A stretch of DNA of 64,000 bases from a virus. The position numbers and the translations under genes are program-made. Position 1 is the stretch's first letter; the number at the start of each line of letters is the position of its first letter. Shown piece after piece: positions 11,701 through 20,088 of the stretch. The stretch lies in the IMG/VR virus record IMGVR_UViG_3300045988_112906. The stretch is one strand, 5' to 3'. The notes under the pieces are model-generated. The model was given only the letters and a program-made list of their open reading frames with translations, did no database searches and had not been told where the DNA came from.

Positions 11701-14700
11701 TCGGAACAAAACTCTATGCTTTCAAGGAAAGTTCCGTTGATAATATGCAGTCTTTGCAAGAGGCTATGGAAATAATCTCTGGTGAAAAGAATGCGTGGAC
11801 GGATATTCCTTCTGCCTTCAATCCATTGCAGGCGCAGAACCGCATTGATAGTATCGTACAGCAAAAGGCAGAAGAGTATGACGATAAATACACGAAGCCT
11901 CTTGATGATTCTTTCAAGAAAGTTGTATCTACCATGAGCGGTAGCGATAAGGATGAGCAGTTGAGAAACGCACAGATCTATATGATTACCAAGCATGGTT
12001 TGGAGCGTAACCGTGTATTCTTTGTTCGTGACGCAATTCGGGATATGATGAATGGCGATGTTACGAAAGCAAAGACATTGATGAAGGACTGGAACGACAA
12101 GCAGAAGGATTTGGCTGACGAACTAGAGAAAGGCAACATCAGATTTGATGAGTACCTGGAGCAAATGGACGAATGGATTCGTAGCAACGTGGACGTTAAC
12201 TTTGTTGCTGACGAACACGATTATTCTGGATTCCATGGTATGCAAAATATAGCCAAGACCTCTGATCCATACGACGACAAGCTTGCCATTGACAACGTGA
12301 TGAGTGCAGAAAGCCAGATGGGTAGCGATTTGGCAAAAGACTTCTGGATAAAGAAGAAGGCTGCAACAGATTACGTTATCGACCAAGAATACTACAACGG
12401 CTTTATTGATCAATCTGATAGAGATTATCTAAAGGGAATGTTCCAATGGTATGTGCCTCTTAGAAAGTTTGATGATACAACCGCAGAAGATGTGTATGGT
12501 TATATCGGAGAAAAGGGAGATCCTTCCAACTTTGTTGGTCCTGTATTGGCAAATGCAAAGGGAAGAAGCAGTCTGAGCGACATTAATGTTATGGCTCAAA
12601 TATCCGCCATGGCAAAGTCTTCGCTTATCAATGGTGGAAAGAATGTAGTAAAGCAGTACTTTGCCAGATTTGTTTCTGCCTATGAAACTGGTAATACAAA
12701 AGATAAAATCTTTGTTGAAGTGAATCCTTGGCTAGAGAAGCACGTGGTAGATGGTAAAGAAGTTTGGGAAGAGGTTACACCTCAAATTCCGGAGAACGCC
12801 ACACAGCAGCAAATAAGCGATATACTGCAAAACTTTGAGGACAGCATGCAGGCGAAGAAAGCAACTGGTGATGCAAAGCTTTCACACAGAAAGCCTAACA
12901 TTGGCTTTAAATTCCAGCGTGCCAAGGATAAGTCTGAACATATCATTGATGTGTATATCGCAGGAAGGAAAAGAAGCTTTGTCTGTCAGGGTAACCCAAG
13001 AGCAGCCCAAGCACTCAATGGTCTTTTGAAAGATTCAGGAACCAGAAATGCGGTAACGCAATTTGATGCGAAGGTTACGAGAAAAATTGCCCAATTCAAT
13101 ACATCGCTGAATCCAGACTTTATGATGTCTAATATGTTGCGTGACTTAACTTTTGCATCAGCCAATGTTACCAAGGAAGGATTTAGCTACACCAAGGACT
13201 TCTTGAAAGAATATGCAGGAAACATGATTTCTATCAAGAACGGAAAAGGTAGTGGAAACTATCTTACTATGTTCCGCAAGTATAGAGACGGTAAGCTTGA
13301 TACAAATAATGAACGAGAAAGAATGTTCAAAGAGTTTATGGACAATGGCGGTCAGACTGGTTTTGTTCAAATCAAGAAACTGGAAAGCCTGATTGAGGAA
13401 TATGATAACCTGATCAAGAAAGGAAGTAAGGATGCAGACGGATGGTTTGTCAAGAAAATCAAGGAAGGTGGAACCTTTATTGAGACTGCCAACGAGATTA
13501 TTGAAAACGTAGCTCGCTACTCTACTTACTGTACTTCACGAAAGCACGGAAGAAGCGTAGGACGAAGTATCTATGATGCCAAGGAGGTTTCAACAAACTT
13601 CAACCGGCACGGTTCTGGAGATGCCATCAAGACCTTGAAAACTTCAAATGATAGCAATATTGATAAGAAATTCCGTGGTACTCTCGGTTTCTTCAATAGC
13701 TGGATGAAGAATCATACGCAGTTCTATAACGCCGGCGTGCAAGGTGCAAATCTGTTTTTCAAGAACTATAAGAGTGCATGGAAGACTTCTGCCGTTTCAT
13801 TCGGTATGTTACCTTTAGGACTCGGTATTGCTCAGGCGTTAATCAATCAATACCTGATTAATAATGAGGACGAGAAGGACAGAAAGGGCGTGAAGGATCC
13901 ATACGCAGAGTTACCAGAATGGAAACGCAGAAATAATATCTGTATCTATACTGGGCACGGAAACTTTAAGACTATTCCTATTGCCATCGAGTTAAGAGCG
14001 TTCTTCGGGTTGGGCGATATTGCGGCTGGCTATGTTGTGAATGATAAGTTGAAGAGTAGTACGCCTATCGGTTATGATATTTTGGGACAGATGGCACAAT
14101 TAGTACCAGCCTCTGATTTCCTTGGACACCATTCGCCAAGCAACAACATTAAGGAACTTGGAGAGGATGCAATACTTGCAGTAACTCCAACAACCATATC
14201 TCCTGCTATGGAACTTGCCTTCAATCGAGACTGGACAGGCAGACCTTTCTATCGTGATTATGACTATCTTGATAAGGCTCCAAGATGGAAGAGGGCATAC
14301 GATAACACCAATAGTATTTATATGAGTATTAATAAATGGGCTAACCAAGGCACAAATGGTATTGATAGTTCTAATGCAGACATGAAGGGAAATGAAACTC
14401 TTGATTATCTTACTGCACCTTACGCTTGGCAACATTTGATAGATAGTTACACCGGTGGCATGGGTTCAACTATTGGCAGAACTTACAAAACGTTAGAAGC
14501 TGTTGGTAAGGGCGTTGTATCTGGAGCAAAGAACAAAGAAGGATTCAGCAAGGGCTTCTCTGATGAATTTGAAAAGTTTGATAAAAATCAAATCCCTCTT
14601 TACAGGGTGTTTAACTATACTCCTAAAGAGGGGCAAGACATGCAGCGAACTAGATCGAAATGGTATAACTATTCCGACGAGTTGAAGCAGACGGAATATA

Positions 14701-14948
14701 ATATTAAGCAGTTGAAGACTAACACGCCTGATGTTTTGAAGAACATGGAGAACAATGCCAAGAAGTTCAACTTTACTCATAGCAAAGAAGGAAAGGCGTA
14801 TAATATATGGAATGCAGCAGATAATTATATCCAGAAGAAGAAAAAAATCTTAAAAAGAGTATCTGATCCGGAAGTAATCAAGTCAATTAACGAAGACATC
14901 AATCGAAAGATGCAAGAAGCGGTGAATGATTTGGATAAGCTAAATTAA
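8040..14948 (+). CDS. Giant polyvalent protein, part 2 (2302 aa as tracked): helicase C-lobe, N6-adenine DNA methyltransferase, zincin-like motif, long C-terminal region.
   Basis: Same frame as 6..7928. The frame is open from 7929, and the first in-frame ATG is at 8061. Motifs: VVIFHRR, QEASGKEGISLHD, QIEGRIYRIGN (8736), VLEPSAGHGAI (9147), NPPF (9339), HEIVGH (11130). Confidence 0.85.
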   Translation: MQNTLGTMSGRIIDSPYDYSRDFPTVAPDHAESFNNAVQDTLKTKYLHDAYSKTIGDYNYGSALFETMKVSAAIDRIKQHLDMGRKVVIFHRRVESKEPLEAPFAYMLRVANEQIKMMKPGKERDEYIKECTEFRNKYADLLEWEKTLDYSMPREQIAKVFGEKNVLFFSGKESKKVKDKAVDTFNDDDSGKNIIVIQEASGKEGISLHDTTSKHQRVCITLALPQSPITALQIEGRIYRIGNMSNAIFEYPILGLNSEMMLFGEKFNNQVSTTENLALGSQARNLRDSFANGILEHSGIVPVENQGVGGKEFDAATPSENDPFDNAVLDYYSNQKLNKNNREGSDYFPTPEPLGYKMVEWAGLGEGDSVLEPSAGHGAIARYVPKTNEMVSIEPSQSLFTKLQLKAGGLGRKFLNNTFENYALNNKHDVIVMNPPFGKAGALAIQHVDKAFKHLDEGGRIVAIIPRGSTDKKFDKWYNEQKNVAMRAEVNLPDILFQQAGTRVACRVVVLDKISDAALRSKAGYPEKIDLSGHYDKIEDFFNDLRDIEMPERIIDTNLKMQKKAKAAVKDIMEIKGVKNVSYGKTGIDVSLTGSWMNYGISFTGSDKPNYWRDKMANYYTKYDELQKLEYQENKQSVFDELKKLSCKLAGMTEDEMQRYIASKTNGSTHFRMELGKTFSDSKENFDGVRDRAVEEKGIVMPNLNKESVNVVPVEKHSFGVTENEILTNAKAWAKDNLVTTGKSELPTMRDGTPYTISKKAVEKYLSESAVKKSDGLDIHLSVLPKLTDVIHESIEAEIHPDYNKDEDGNRSIENGHGDNILVHRLYGAVQLDGKTYRVKTTMQEFRGGEENKPHSYEVTKIELLEGSKTANESDSLPLSSATNNSENELLGSPGERENPDKPHSDAPSNSISVAKLLNGVEKSYDSGKKLLEESKNLTDEDTYFRNDNDSPVSISKDAPVVVKHVAKVAKATGGKVKMLQSVEEVTNAEAKTRLEKGEKVEGWYDERTGEVVLYMPNVHDSYTAEKTVWHEIVGHKGMRELFGNDNYDKFLDDIYFNLDKPEYADLKKLVMKELQYNPFDYRNAIEEAIARMAEEGHGEHGLWNNLKNKVANIFREIGYRVAPNTKDIKYLLWLAKNYSKHPESDGYFAIRRNALLHKLEKDNTPSIVDRNGMYFDNDGKNHDYLLDLNHKDFEEATDGKVHFRTSPMTASKIEEYNRRLGTKLYAFKESSVDNMQSLQEAMEIISGEKNAWTDIPSAFNPLQAQNRIDSIVQQKAEEYDDKYTKPLDDSFKKVVSTMSGSDKDEQLRNAQIYMITKHGLERNRVFFVRDAIRDMMNGDVTKAKTLMKDWNDKQKDLADELEKGNIRFDEYLEQMDEWIRSNVDVNFVADEHDYSGFHGMQNIAKTSDPYDDKLAIDNVMSAESQMGSDLAKDFWIKKKAATDYVIDQEYYNGFIDQSDRDYLKGMFQWYVPLRKFDDTTAEDVYGYIGEKGDPSNFVGPVLANAKGRSSLSDINVMAQISAMAKSSLINGGKNVVKQYFARFVSAYETGNTKDKIFVEVNPWLEKHVVDGKEVWEEVTPQIPENATQQQISDILQNFEDSMQAKKATGDAKLSHRKPNIGFKFQRAKDKSEHIIDVYIAGRKRSFVCQGNPRAAQALNGLLKDSGTRNAVTQFDAKVTRKIAQFNTSLNPDFMMSNMLRDLTFASANVTKEGFSYTKDFLKEYAGNMISIKNGKGSGNYLTMFRKYRDGKLDTNNERERMFKEFMDNGGQTGFVQIKKLESLIEEYDNLIKKGSKDADGWFVKKIKEGGTFIETANEIIENVARYSTYCTSRKHGRSVGRSIYDAKEVSTNFNRHGSGDAIKTLKTSNDSNIDKKFRGTLGFFNSWMKNHTQFYNAGVQGANLFFKNYKSAWKTSAVSFGMLPLGLGIAQALINQYLINNEDEKDRKGVKDPYAELPEWKRRNNICIYTGHGNFKTIPIAIELRAFFGLGDIAAGYVVNDKLKSSTPIGYDILGQMAQLVPASDFLGHHSPSNNIKELGEDAILAVTPTTISPAMELAFNRDWTGRPFYRDYDYLDKAPRWKRAYDNTNSIYMSINKWANQGTNGIDSSNADMKGNETLDYLTAPYAWQHLIDSYTGGMGSTIGRTYKTLEAVGKGVVSGAKNKEGFSKGFSDEFEKFDKNQIPLYRVFNYTPKEGQDMQRTRSKWYNYSDELKQTEYNIKQLKTNTPDVLKNMENNAKKFNFTHSKEGKAYNIWNAADNYIQKKKKILKRVSDPEVIKSINEDINRKMQEAVNDLDKLN
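9147..9353 (+). other. N6-adenine methyltransferase catalytic region (SAM-binding motif I and NPPF motif IV)
   Basis: LEPSAGHGAI together with VIVMNPPFGKAG. Confidence 0.75.
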
Positions 14949-14955
14949 AAGTAAA

Positions 14956-14978
14956 GGAGCGGGCATTAAGCTCGCTCC
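14956..14978 (+). terminator. Hairpin just after the giant gene's stop codon
   Basis: GGAGCGGGC-ATTAA-GCTCGCTCC forms a 9-bp stem (one G-U pair) 8 nt after the TAA. The T-tract is weak. Confidence 0.5.
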
Positions 14979-15019
14979 TATCATTATACTATAACGAAAC
15001 TTCCCATTGTAGTGATATA

Positions 15020-15454
15020 TTACTTTTTGACAGGAGCTTTGTTCTCTTCATTAATTGTATTGTTATCAAACAGAACATCCCATCCGCTTACACCATCTGA
15101 TTTTAAGAAAAATAGACAGGCAAACAAAATAGCTACTTGAAAAGCATTTACTGTCATCTGATGAAAGGCAATACGGTATTCGCCATCACAGAGAATGAAT
15201 GATGCAATGATGTTAACGACAACCATAGCCAAATATCCATACAAGCCTATCTTCTTGGCAGAGCAAAGCATGATCAGGAAATAAACCACAGCTGCTCTTG
15301 CTATAATTTCATACACTCCAGCAGCAAGCGACACCTCATCTTGACTGATATTCATTATGCTTAAGAATATACCTAAGCCACTGTTGAGAATACCGAGTAT
15401 AAGGATGCATTCTGTAAACCCATTTAAACGAGCTGTTTTCTTTTTCTGTTCCAT
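15020..15454 (-). CDS. Small integral membrane protein (about 4 TM helices)
   Basis: ORF with a hydrophobic helix pattern. It is the last gene of the leftward three-gene cassette. Confidence 0.7.
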   Translation of the reverse strand: MEQKKKTARLNGFTECILILGILNSGLGIFLSIMNISQDEVSLAAGVYEIIARAAVVYFLIMLCSAKKIGLYGYLAMVVVNIIASFILCDGEYRIAFHQMTVNAFQVAILFACLFFLKSDGVSGWDVLFDNNTINEENKAPVKK

Positions 15455-15465
15455 AATTCTATATT

Positions 15466-15903
15466 TTAAAAATTCAAATATGTTAAATAAAATGTTCCAA
15501 AAACTAATCCGTTAGCATCTATATAATTGTATTTAAATTTAAGACCTACTTGTTTCATAAACCATCTAAATTCGGAGCGCTTCATATTATAAGCACCAGA
15601 GTCTATCATCTTTCTCTGTTCTTCGTTCATGTCGTCCTTAACTTCGCTCAATATTTCATTTCTTTCTTGCAGTGAATAATCATTCCTGTCTAACGTCAGA
15701 TGGAAATTGTATGTCCAAACCCAATTTAGAAAGACCACCGATGTTAATGTCGTGTAATCATCTATGTACATTGGGAGCTGCTGGTTGAATTCCCTTGCAG
15801 TCTTTATAAATAAATTTTTTGCTCTTTGCTTTTCTTGTACTGTCTGTCCAAAAGAAAACAGGCTTGCAAAAAGCAAAGCGAGTGCTAATGCAAATTTCTT
15901 CAT
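15466..15903 (-). CDS. Secreted protein with an N-terminal signal peptide
   Basis: The N-terminus MKKFALALALLFASLFSFGQ looks like a signal peptide. A TATTTTTG box lies upstream. Confidence 0.7.
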   Translation of the reverse strand: MKKFALALALLFASLFSFGQTVQEKQRAKNLFIKTAREFNQQLPMYIDDYTTLTSVVFLNWVWTYNFHLTLDRNDYSLQERNEILSEVKDDMNEEQRKMIDSGAYNMKRSEFRWFMKQVGLKFKYNYIDANGLVFGTFYLTYLNF

Positions 15904-15934
15904 ACCGTTATTTTTTTATTCGTTAATCTTCGTG

Positions 15935-15942
15935 CAAAAATA
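15935..15942 (-). promoter_or_regulatory. Bacteroidota-type -7 box (TATTTTTG)
   Basis: Matches the TAnnTTTG consensus about 30 nt upstream of ATG 15903. Confidence 0.5.
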
Positions 15943-16035
15943 CTAAAAATATTAATAGGGTGTATCTTTAAAGTGCAACTTTCTTTATAGTTTAGACAAA
16001 AACAAAATAAGGTGAGCACCTGCCCACCTTATTTA

Positions 16036-16768
16036 TTATATAACCTTCAATAACTCTTCAAACTTATCATCATACCATCGTGGCTGCGTCTCACTCTGGT
16101 TCTTTGGAGATACCTGGTTCTCTCCATAAGACTTACCCTTCTCGGTAATCACCTTGAACTTGTGAATCCTTGTGGTTCCCTGTCGGGTCTCCTCTTTCAA
16201 GAAGCCAAGCTTAACCATCTGCTGGTTGAACTTCAATGCCGACATCTTGGATCCAAAGCGTTTCAACAGTTCTGATGCCGAGTGCATCACTCCCTTGCTA
16301 GCAACATAGTCTGGGGATGGCAAGCCAAGAGGTTCTGCTACCTTCTGCATCAATGCAAGCGTTGATGAATCGCTGAGGTTAAGGATTCGCTTGCAGCCTT
16401 CCACCCACATCATACCAGCCTCTACTCTATCCTTGATTACATTCGTGACAGAATAGCATCCTGTGCGGCGGATAGACTTCAAGATTTCCTTCACTCCCTT
16501 CTTGAACTGCTTAGCTTGCGGTTTACGACTCTGCATCAAAACTTCGTAAAGACCATCCTCGGTGAGGAACCAAGTCTCACCCTGACGCCCTAAGTTGAAC
16601 TTAGACCGTTCATCCTCATCAACTCTTGTGATCATGTCGGAAACATTCGAAAGTTCCAACCACTCTGCAACATCGTTTGCCTTAAACAATGGGTTCTCGG
16701 CGTTACCATACACATCAATCTCCTTACCAAGGAAAGTTGACTTGCTAATCAAACTGATTTCGTTCATA
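16036..16768 (-). CDS. Bro-N domain antirepressor-like protein
   Basis: The N-terminus (MNEISLI...FGKEIDVYGNAENPLFKANDVAEWLE...WFLTEDGLYEVLMQSRKPQAKQFKKGVKEILKSIRRTG) follows the Bro-N pattern. ATG 16768 is preferred over the tracked start at 16821. Confidence 0.75.
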
Positions 16769-16919
16769 ATAATATATTTTAAAATTCTACTTCCAATGAA
16801 AGGGCATAAGAAATGCCCCATCCGCTAGTGTGAGAGGTGCAGACAGGGCATTATATTTTATATGATGAAATCCATTGATTCTGTGTCTGTTTGTGCCTCT
16901 CACCTCACGAACTTACGAG

Positions 16920-16929
16920 TGCAAAGATA
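16920..16929 (-). promoter_or_regulatory. -7 box 10-mer TATCTTTGCA driving the leftward cassette
   Basis: The reverse complement of tgcaaagata is TATCTTTGCA. The same 10-mer occurs at 43509, 59485, 59548(-) and 63921. Confidence 0.55.
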
Positions 16930-17101
16930 GTACGATTTTTCGGGATAAGCGCAATTTTAAAAGTTAAGAAATCCATACGATATAAACCAGTCAATAACTG
17001 TTCGACGACAGTTCTATGTATTATCTCAAAAATCACCTTTATTTATCGGTACTTCACATCATTTAACAGTTTCAAAAATTCATATTTTAGTCGTATGGTG
17101 C

Positions 17102-17956
17102 TTGGCGGCTGGATTGACCTTCTCGCCTAACGTGAGCGGACAGAAGAATCCTTACTTAGATGCCGTGGGCTGTATGTCGCAGCTTGTGCCGGTGATGGAC
17201 TATCTCGGCAACTCTTCGGCTGGTAAGGAGCCATTGAACGAGACGATCAAGGCTTTCTCTCCTTCTGCCCTATCTCCTTTCGTGGAATGGGAGTTAAATA
17301 CCGACTGGAAGGGTGCGCCAATTGAAAGACGTGGTGACTGGAATGAAAATTCCCCTGCTTGGCAGAGAGCCTACAAGGGCACGCCTGACGGATATATGGC
17401 TGTGAATAAATGGGTGAATGCCCAGACCAACGATGTAGCCAAGGGCAACGAGGATATGCTGGGCAACAGTTTCCTGGATATGGCAACGAACCCTAGTATG
17501 CTGAATCACTACATCGGTGGTATCGGTGGCGGTGCTGCTACGTTTACAGAGCGACTTATCGGTGTTATCAAGCATGGAAACGATACGGAAACCAAGGATA
17601 TTCCTTTCCTTCGATCGCTGCTTTATACGCCTAACGAGCAGAGCAGTTTGCAGAGAACCAAGAGCAAGTGGTATAACTACAAGGATGAAATGGAGAAGAC
17701 GATGGCGAACGTGGACCGCCTGAAATCGAAGAACGTTCCGCTGGATAAGAGAATCACAAATATCGGTGAGTATTATCAATTCCAGAACTCCAAGGAGGCT
17801 GCCAAGGTTAGGGTGATAGAACTGGCTGAGAAGCAGATGAAGCGATGGAAGAAGATGAGGGATAAGGCGAGCGATACCGAAAGCATCAACTTCGCCAATC
17901 AGAATATTGATAGGATCATGATGGATGCGGTGGATGAGCTGGATAGGCTGGAATAA
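17102..17956 (+). CDS. Orphan, diverged copy of the C-terminal ~285 aa of the giant protein (possibly a remnant)
   Basis: Colinear similarity to residues encoded at ~14020-14948: QLVP, DWxGxP, AWQRAY/RWKRAY, NKWxN, YxGGxGG, QRT(K/R)SKWYNY, AVxELDxL. There is no ATG at the boundary (TTG instead). A terminator follows. Confidence 0.6.
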   Translation: MAAGLTFSPNVSGQKNPYLDAVGCMSQLVPVMDYLGNSSAGKEPLNETIKAFSPSALSPFVEWELNTDWKGAPIERRGDWNENSPAWQRAYKGTPDGYMAVNKWVNAQTNDVAKGNEDMLGNSFLDMATNPSMLNHYIGGIGGGAATFTERLIGVIKHGNDTETKDIPFLRSLLYTPNEQSSLQRTKSKWYNYKDEMEKTMANVDRLKSKNVPLDKRITNIGEYYQFQNSKEAAKVRVIELAEKQMKRWKKMRDKASDTESINFANQNIDRIMMDAVDELDRLE

Positions 17957-17966
17957 TATGAAATGA

Positions 17967-17999
17967 GGAGTGGGCGCTTGAGTGCTCACTCCTTCTTTT
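17967..17999 (+). terminator. Rho-independent-type terminator
   Basis: A GGAGTGGGC...GCTCACTCC hairpin followed by TTCTTTT. Confidence 0.6.
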
Positions 18000-18032
18000 G
18001 GGGACTCAGCATGGAATGCTGAGGAACGGGGG

Positions 18033-18419
18033 CTAGAGGGAGCTTTTCTTGCTGGCGGCGGCTTGGCAGAGGGAGCCTAAGAGATAGCAGGGTTCTTCGG
18101 TGTACATATTTATCAGGAACTGCTCGGATATGTGCTGAACTACATGGAGCATTTCGTGGGTAAGGCTATTCGTATACTCCCCTTTTGAGGTGGTCCAGCT
18201 TATTACTACTATCGTTTTTCTAGTGTCTATGTTGGAATAGGTGATGCCTTTGTTGGGTTCACCTTCGAGCACGAGATTACAGGCATCTTCGAGAGGAATG
18301 CCGCTGCATCCCAAATCCCGAAGATGCCTTCTTACCTTCATGGCATCCTTTGAGTGAACATCGTACATTACGTGTACGGTCCAGTCGTATCTATCTATGT
18401 AAATCTCCTGCTCTGTCAT
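18033..18419 (-). CDS. Small HExxH (HEMLH) metallopeptidase-like protein
   Basis: 128-aa ORF containing LTHEMLHVVQH. Confidence 0.6.
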   Translation of the reverse strand: MTEQEIYIDRYDWTVHVMYDVHSKDAMKVRRHLRDLGCSGIPLEDACNLVLEGEPNKGITYSNIDTRKTIVVISWTTSKGEYTNSLTHEMLHVVQHISEQFLINMYTEEPCYLLGSLCQAAASKKSSL

Positions 18420-18422
18420 ATT

Positions 18423-18848
18423 TTACAAAATGTCTTCCCAAGGAATGCCTATGCCATTGAATGACGTATCTGCATAGAAGCGGTTGAAGATGAATCCGTC
18501 CTGCTGGTCCTCATCATCCACGTAGTCTTTGATGAACTGTGCCATCTGTTTTTCCTCTGTGATGGATGATCCGTAGAAATCGGCGAGGCACATGTGTGCG
18601 ATGTAAACAGCATCGTAGCCCACATTATTCTCCAGCACGATATTATTCTTCTTCAGAATGTCCTCAATATCATCCTTACTCATGATGCGGATAGATTTTC
18701 CATTCTTCCGCATCTGCTTGATTGCCCACTCGCACATCTTCTTATTGAAGTGCCAACCATTGTAGCGAAGATAAGCCTTCATTTCCTCTGGCTGATAATC
18801 GTAGGCATTTAATGATTGTCTGTATTTTCTTCCCATAATCTCAATCAA
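18423..18848 (-). CDS. Hypothetical protein
   Basis: 141-aa ORF packed tightly against its neighbours. Confidence 0.65.
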   Translation of the reverse strand: MIEIMGRKYRQSLNAYDYQPEEMKAYLRYNGWHFNKKMCEWAIKQMRKNGKSIRIMSKDDIEDILKKNNIVLENNVGYDAVYIAHMCLADFYGSSITEEKQMAQFIKDYVDDEDQQDGFIFNRFYADTSFNGIGIPWEDIL

Positions 18849-18893
18849 TTTAAGAAAGGGGTATGCCCACTTTTGAGCACACCCCCAAACTAG

Positions 18894-19169
18894 TTAGTAA
18901 TCTTCTCCGTAATCACTTCTGTAATCACGTCCACGGTCTTCACGTTGGCGCATGTCTTCGTACTCCTCATGCTCTCGCATACCACTTCTGCCTCCACGAC
19001 CTCTGTAATCGGGCATGCGGTTGCGCTCGCCGTATCGGTCACGTCTGCCTTCACGCTTCATTTCGCCCAGGCAGTTCATTGCCTTATCCAAGTAGCGCAA
19101 GCCCTTCTCCACGTTCTCATACAAGCCATCAAACTTGTCTTCTGTAATCTCAACCATTATCATAATCAT
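18894..19169 (-). CDS. Low-complexity R/D/E/Y/G-rich protein
   Basis: ORF whose C-terminal half is RRDRYGERNRMPDYRGRGGRSGMREHEEYEDMRQREDRGRDYRSDYGEDY. Confidence 0.5.
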   Translation of the reverse strand: MIMIMVEITEDKFDGLYENVEKGLRYLDKAMNCLGEMKREGRRDRYGERNRMPDYRGRGGRSGMREHEEYEDMRQREDRGRDYRSDYGEDY

Positions 19170-19197
19170 AAGATTTTAAAAGTGAATAGATAGGAGA

Positions 19198-19698
19198 TTA
19201 CTTATTGATGCTCTGTTGGAGCCATCCCATCATTTTGTCAATCTTGCCCTCAATGCCGGAAACCTTGCCTTCCAGCTTGTTGATCTTCTCAGTCTGTTCC
19301 CTATCCTTGGCTATCTGGGGGTTGAGTTGCAGTAGCATTCCCTCACAAGATTTAACGACTCTCTCATGGTAATCTACGCTCTCCAGTATCGCCTTGGATT
19401 GTCTCAGCATTGCATCGACCTCTGCACTCATGGCTTCCTTGCTATCGCTTACCACAAGATTCTTGTCGTTCGCTATCTGTCCGTTAGCAGGTAGCTGCTT
19501 GAAATCCGCCTCTTCGTCACCCAGCTTCACCCTAACGTCCACCACAGTCTCCATAGGTTGAGGGGTGAAGCCATTGTTGAAGGATGGGTATCTCGTCTGA
19601 GGGTTGCTAACCGAAACAACCTGACCGATCCTCAAGCTAGGGTTTTCGCCCTTGTCGAGCACATAGAATAAAGAATTTGTTCGTAGTCCTTGAAACAT
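19198..19698 (-). CDS. Hypothetical protein with a C-terminal coiled coil
   Basis: 166-aa ORF. Heptad-like C-terminus KINKLEGKVSGIEGKIDKMMGWL. Confidence 0.65.
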   Translation of the reverse strand: MFQGLRTNSLFYVLDKGENPSLRIGQVVSVSNPQTRYPSFNNGFTPQPMETVVDVRVKLGDEEADFKQLPANGQIANDKNLVVSDSKEAMSAEVDAMLRQSKAILESVDYHERVVKSCEGMLLQLNPQIAKDREQTEKINKLEGKVSGIEGKIDKMMGWLQQSINK

Positions 19699-19728
19699 AA
19701 TGTAATCTCCTATTATCTATTCTGTTTG

Positions 19729-20073
19729 TTAAACAATACCCGTCATCAGCTGAAGGGTGTTAGTATCTCGCTCGAACCAGAGCTGAACCACTCCAGTTCC
19801 CGGCACATCTGCAACCGTCAATGGTTCGCCATTGAACTTGCTCACAGCTTGTGTCGCTCCGTTTGTCTCGAAAAGGATAGGCAGCGTACCAGTCGTTCCA
19901 GTCGGAATAGCCTGCATCAGGTTCACGAAAATCGTCCCCCTGTAGCTGGCATTCACGAAGGCGTGGTTTTTGAACGAGAAAATAACATTTTCGGTGTTCA
20001 CCGCCACGCCTGTAGAAGCGATAGCCGCCGAACCGTTACGATTCACCCATGTATAAGGTCTTAACCATAACAT
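19729..20073 (-). CDS. Hypothetical small protein, probably beta-rich
   Basis: 114-aa ORF in the same operon. Confidence 0.6.
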   Translation of the reverse strand: MLWLRPYTWVNRNGSAAIASTGVAVNTENVIFSFKNHAFVNASYRGTIFVNLMQAIPTGTTGTLPILFETNGATQAVSKFNGEPLTVADVPGTGVVQLWFERDTNTLQLMTGIV

Positions 20074-20088
20074 AGCAGCCTCCTTTCT

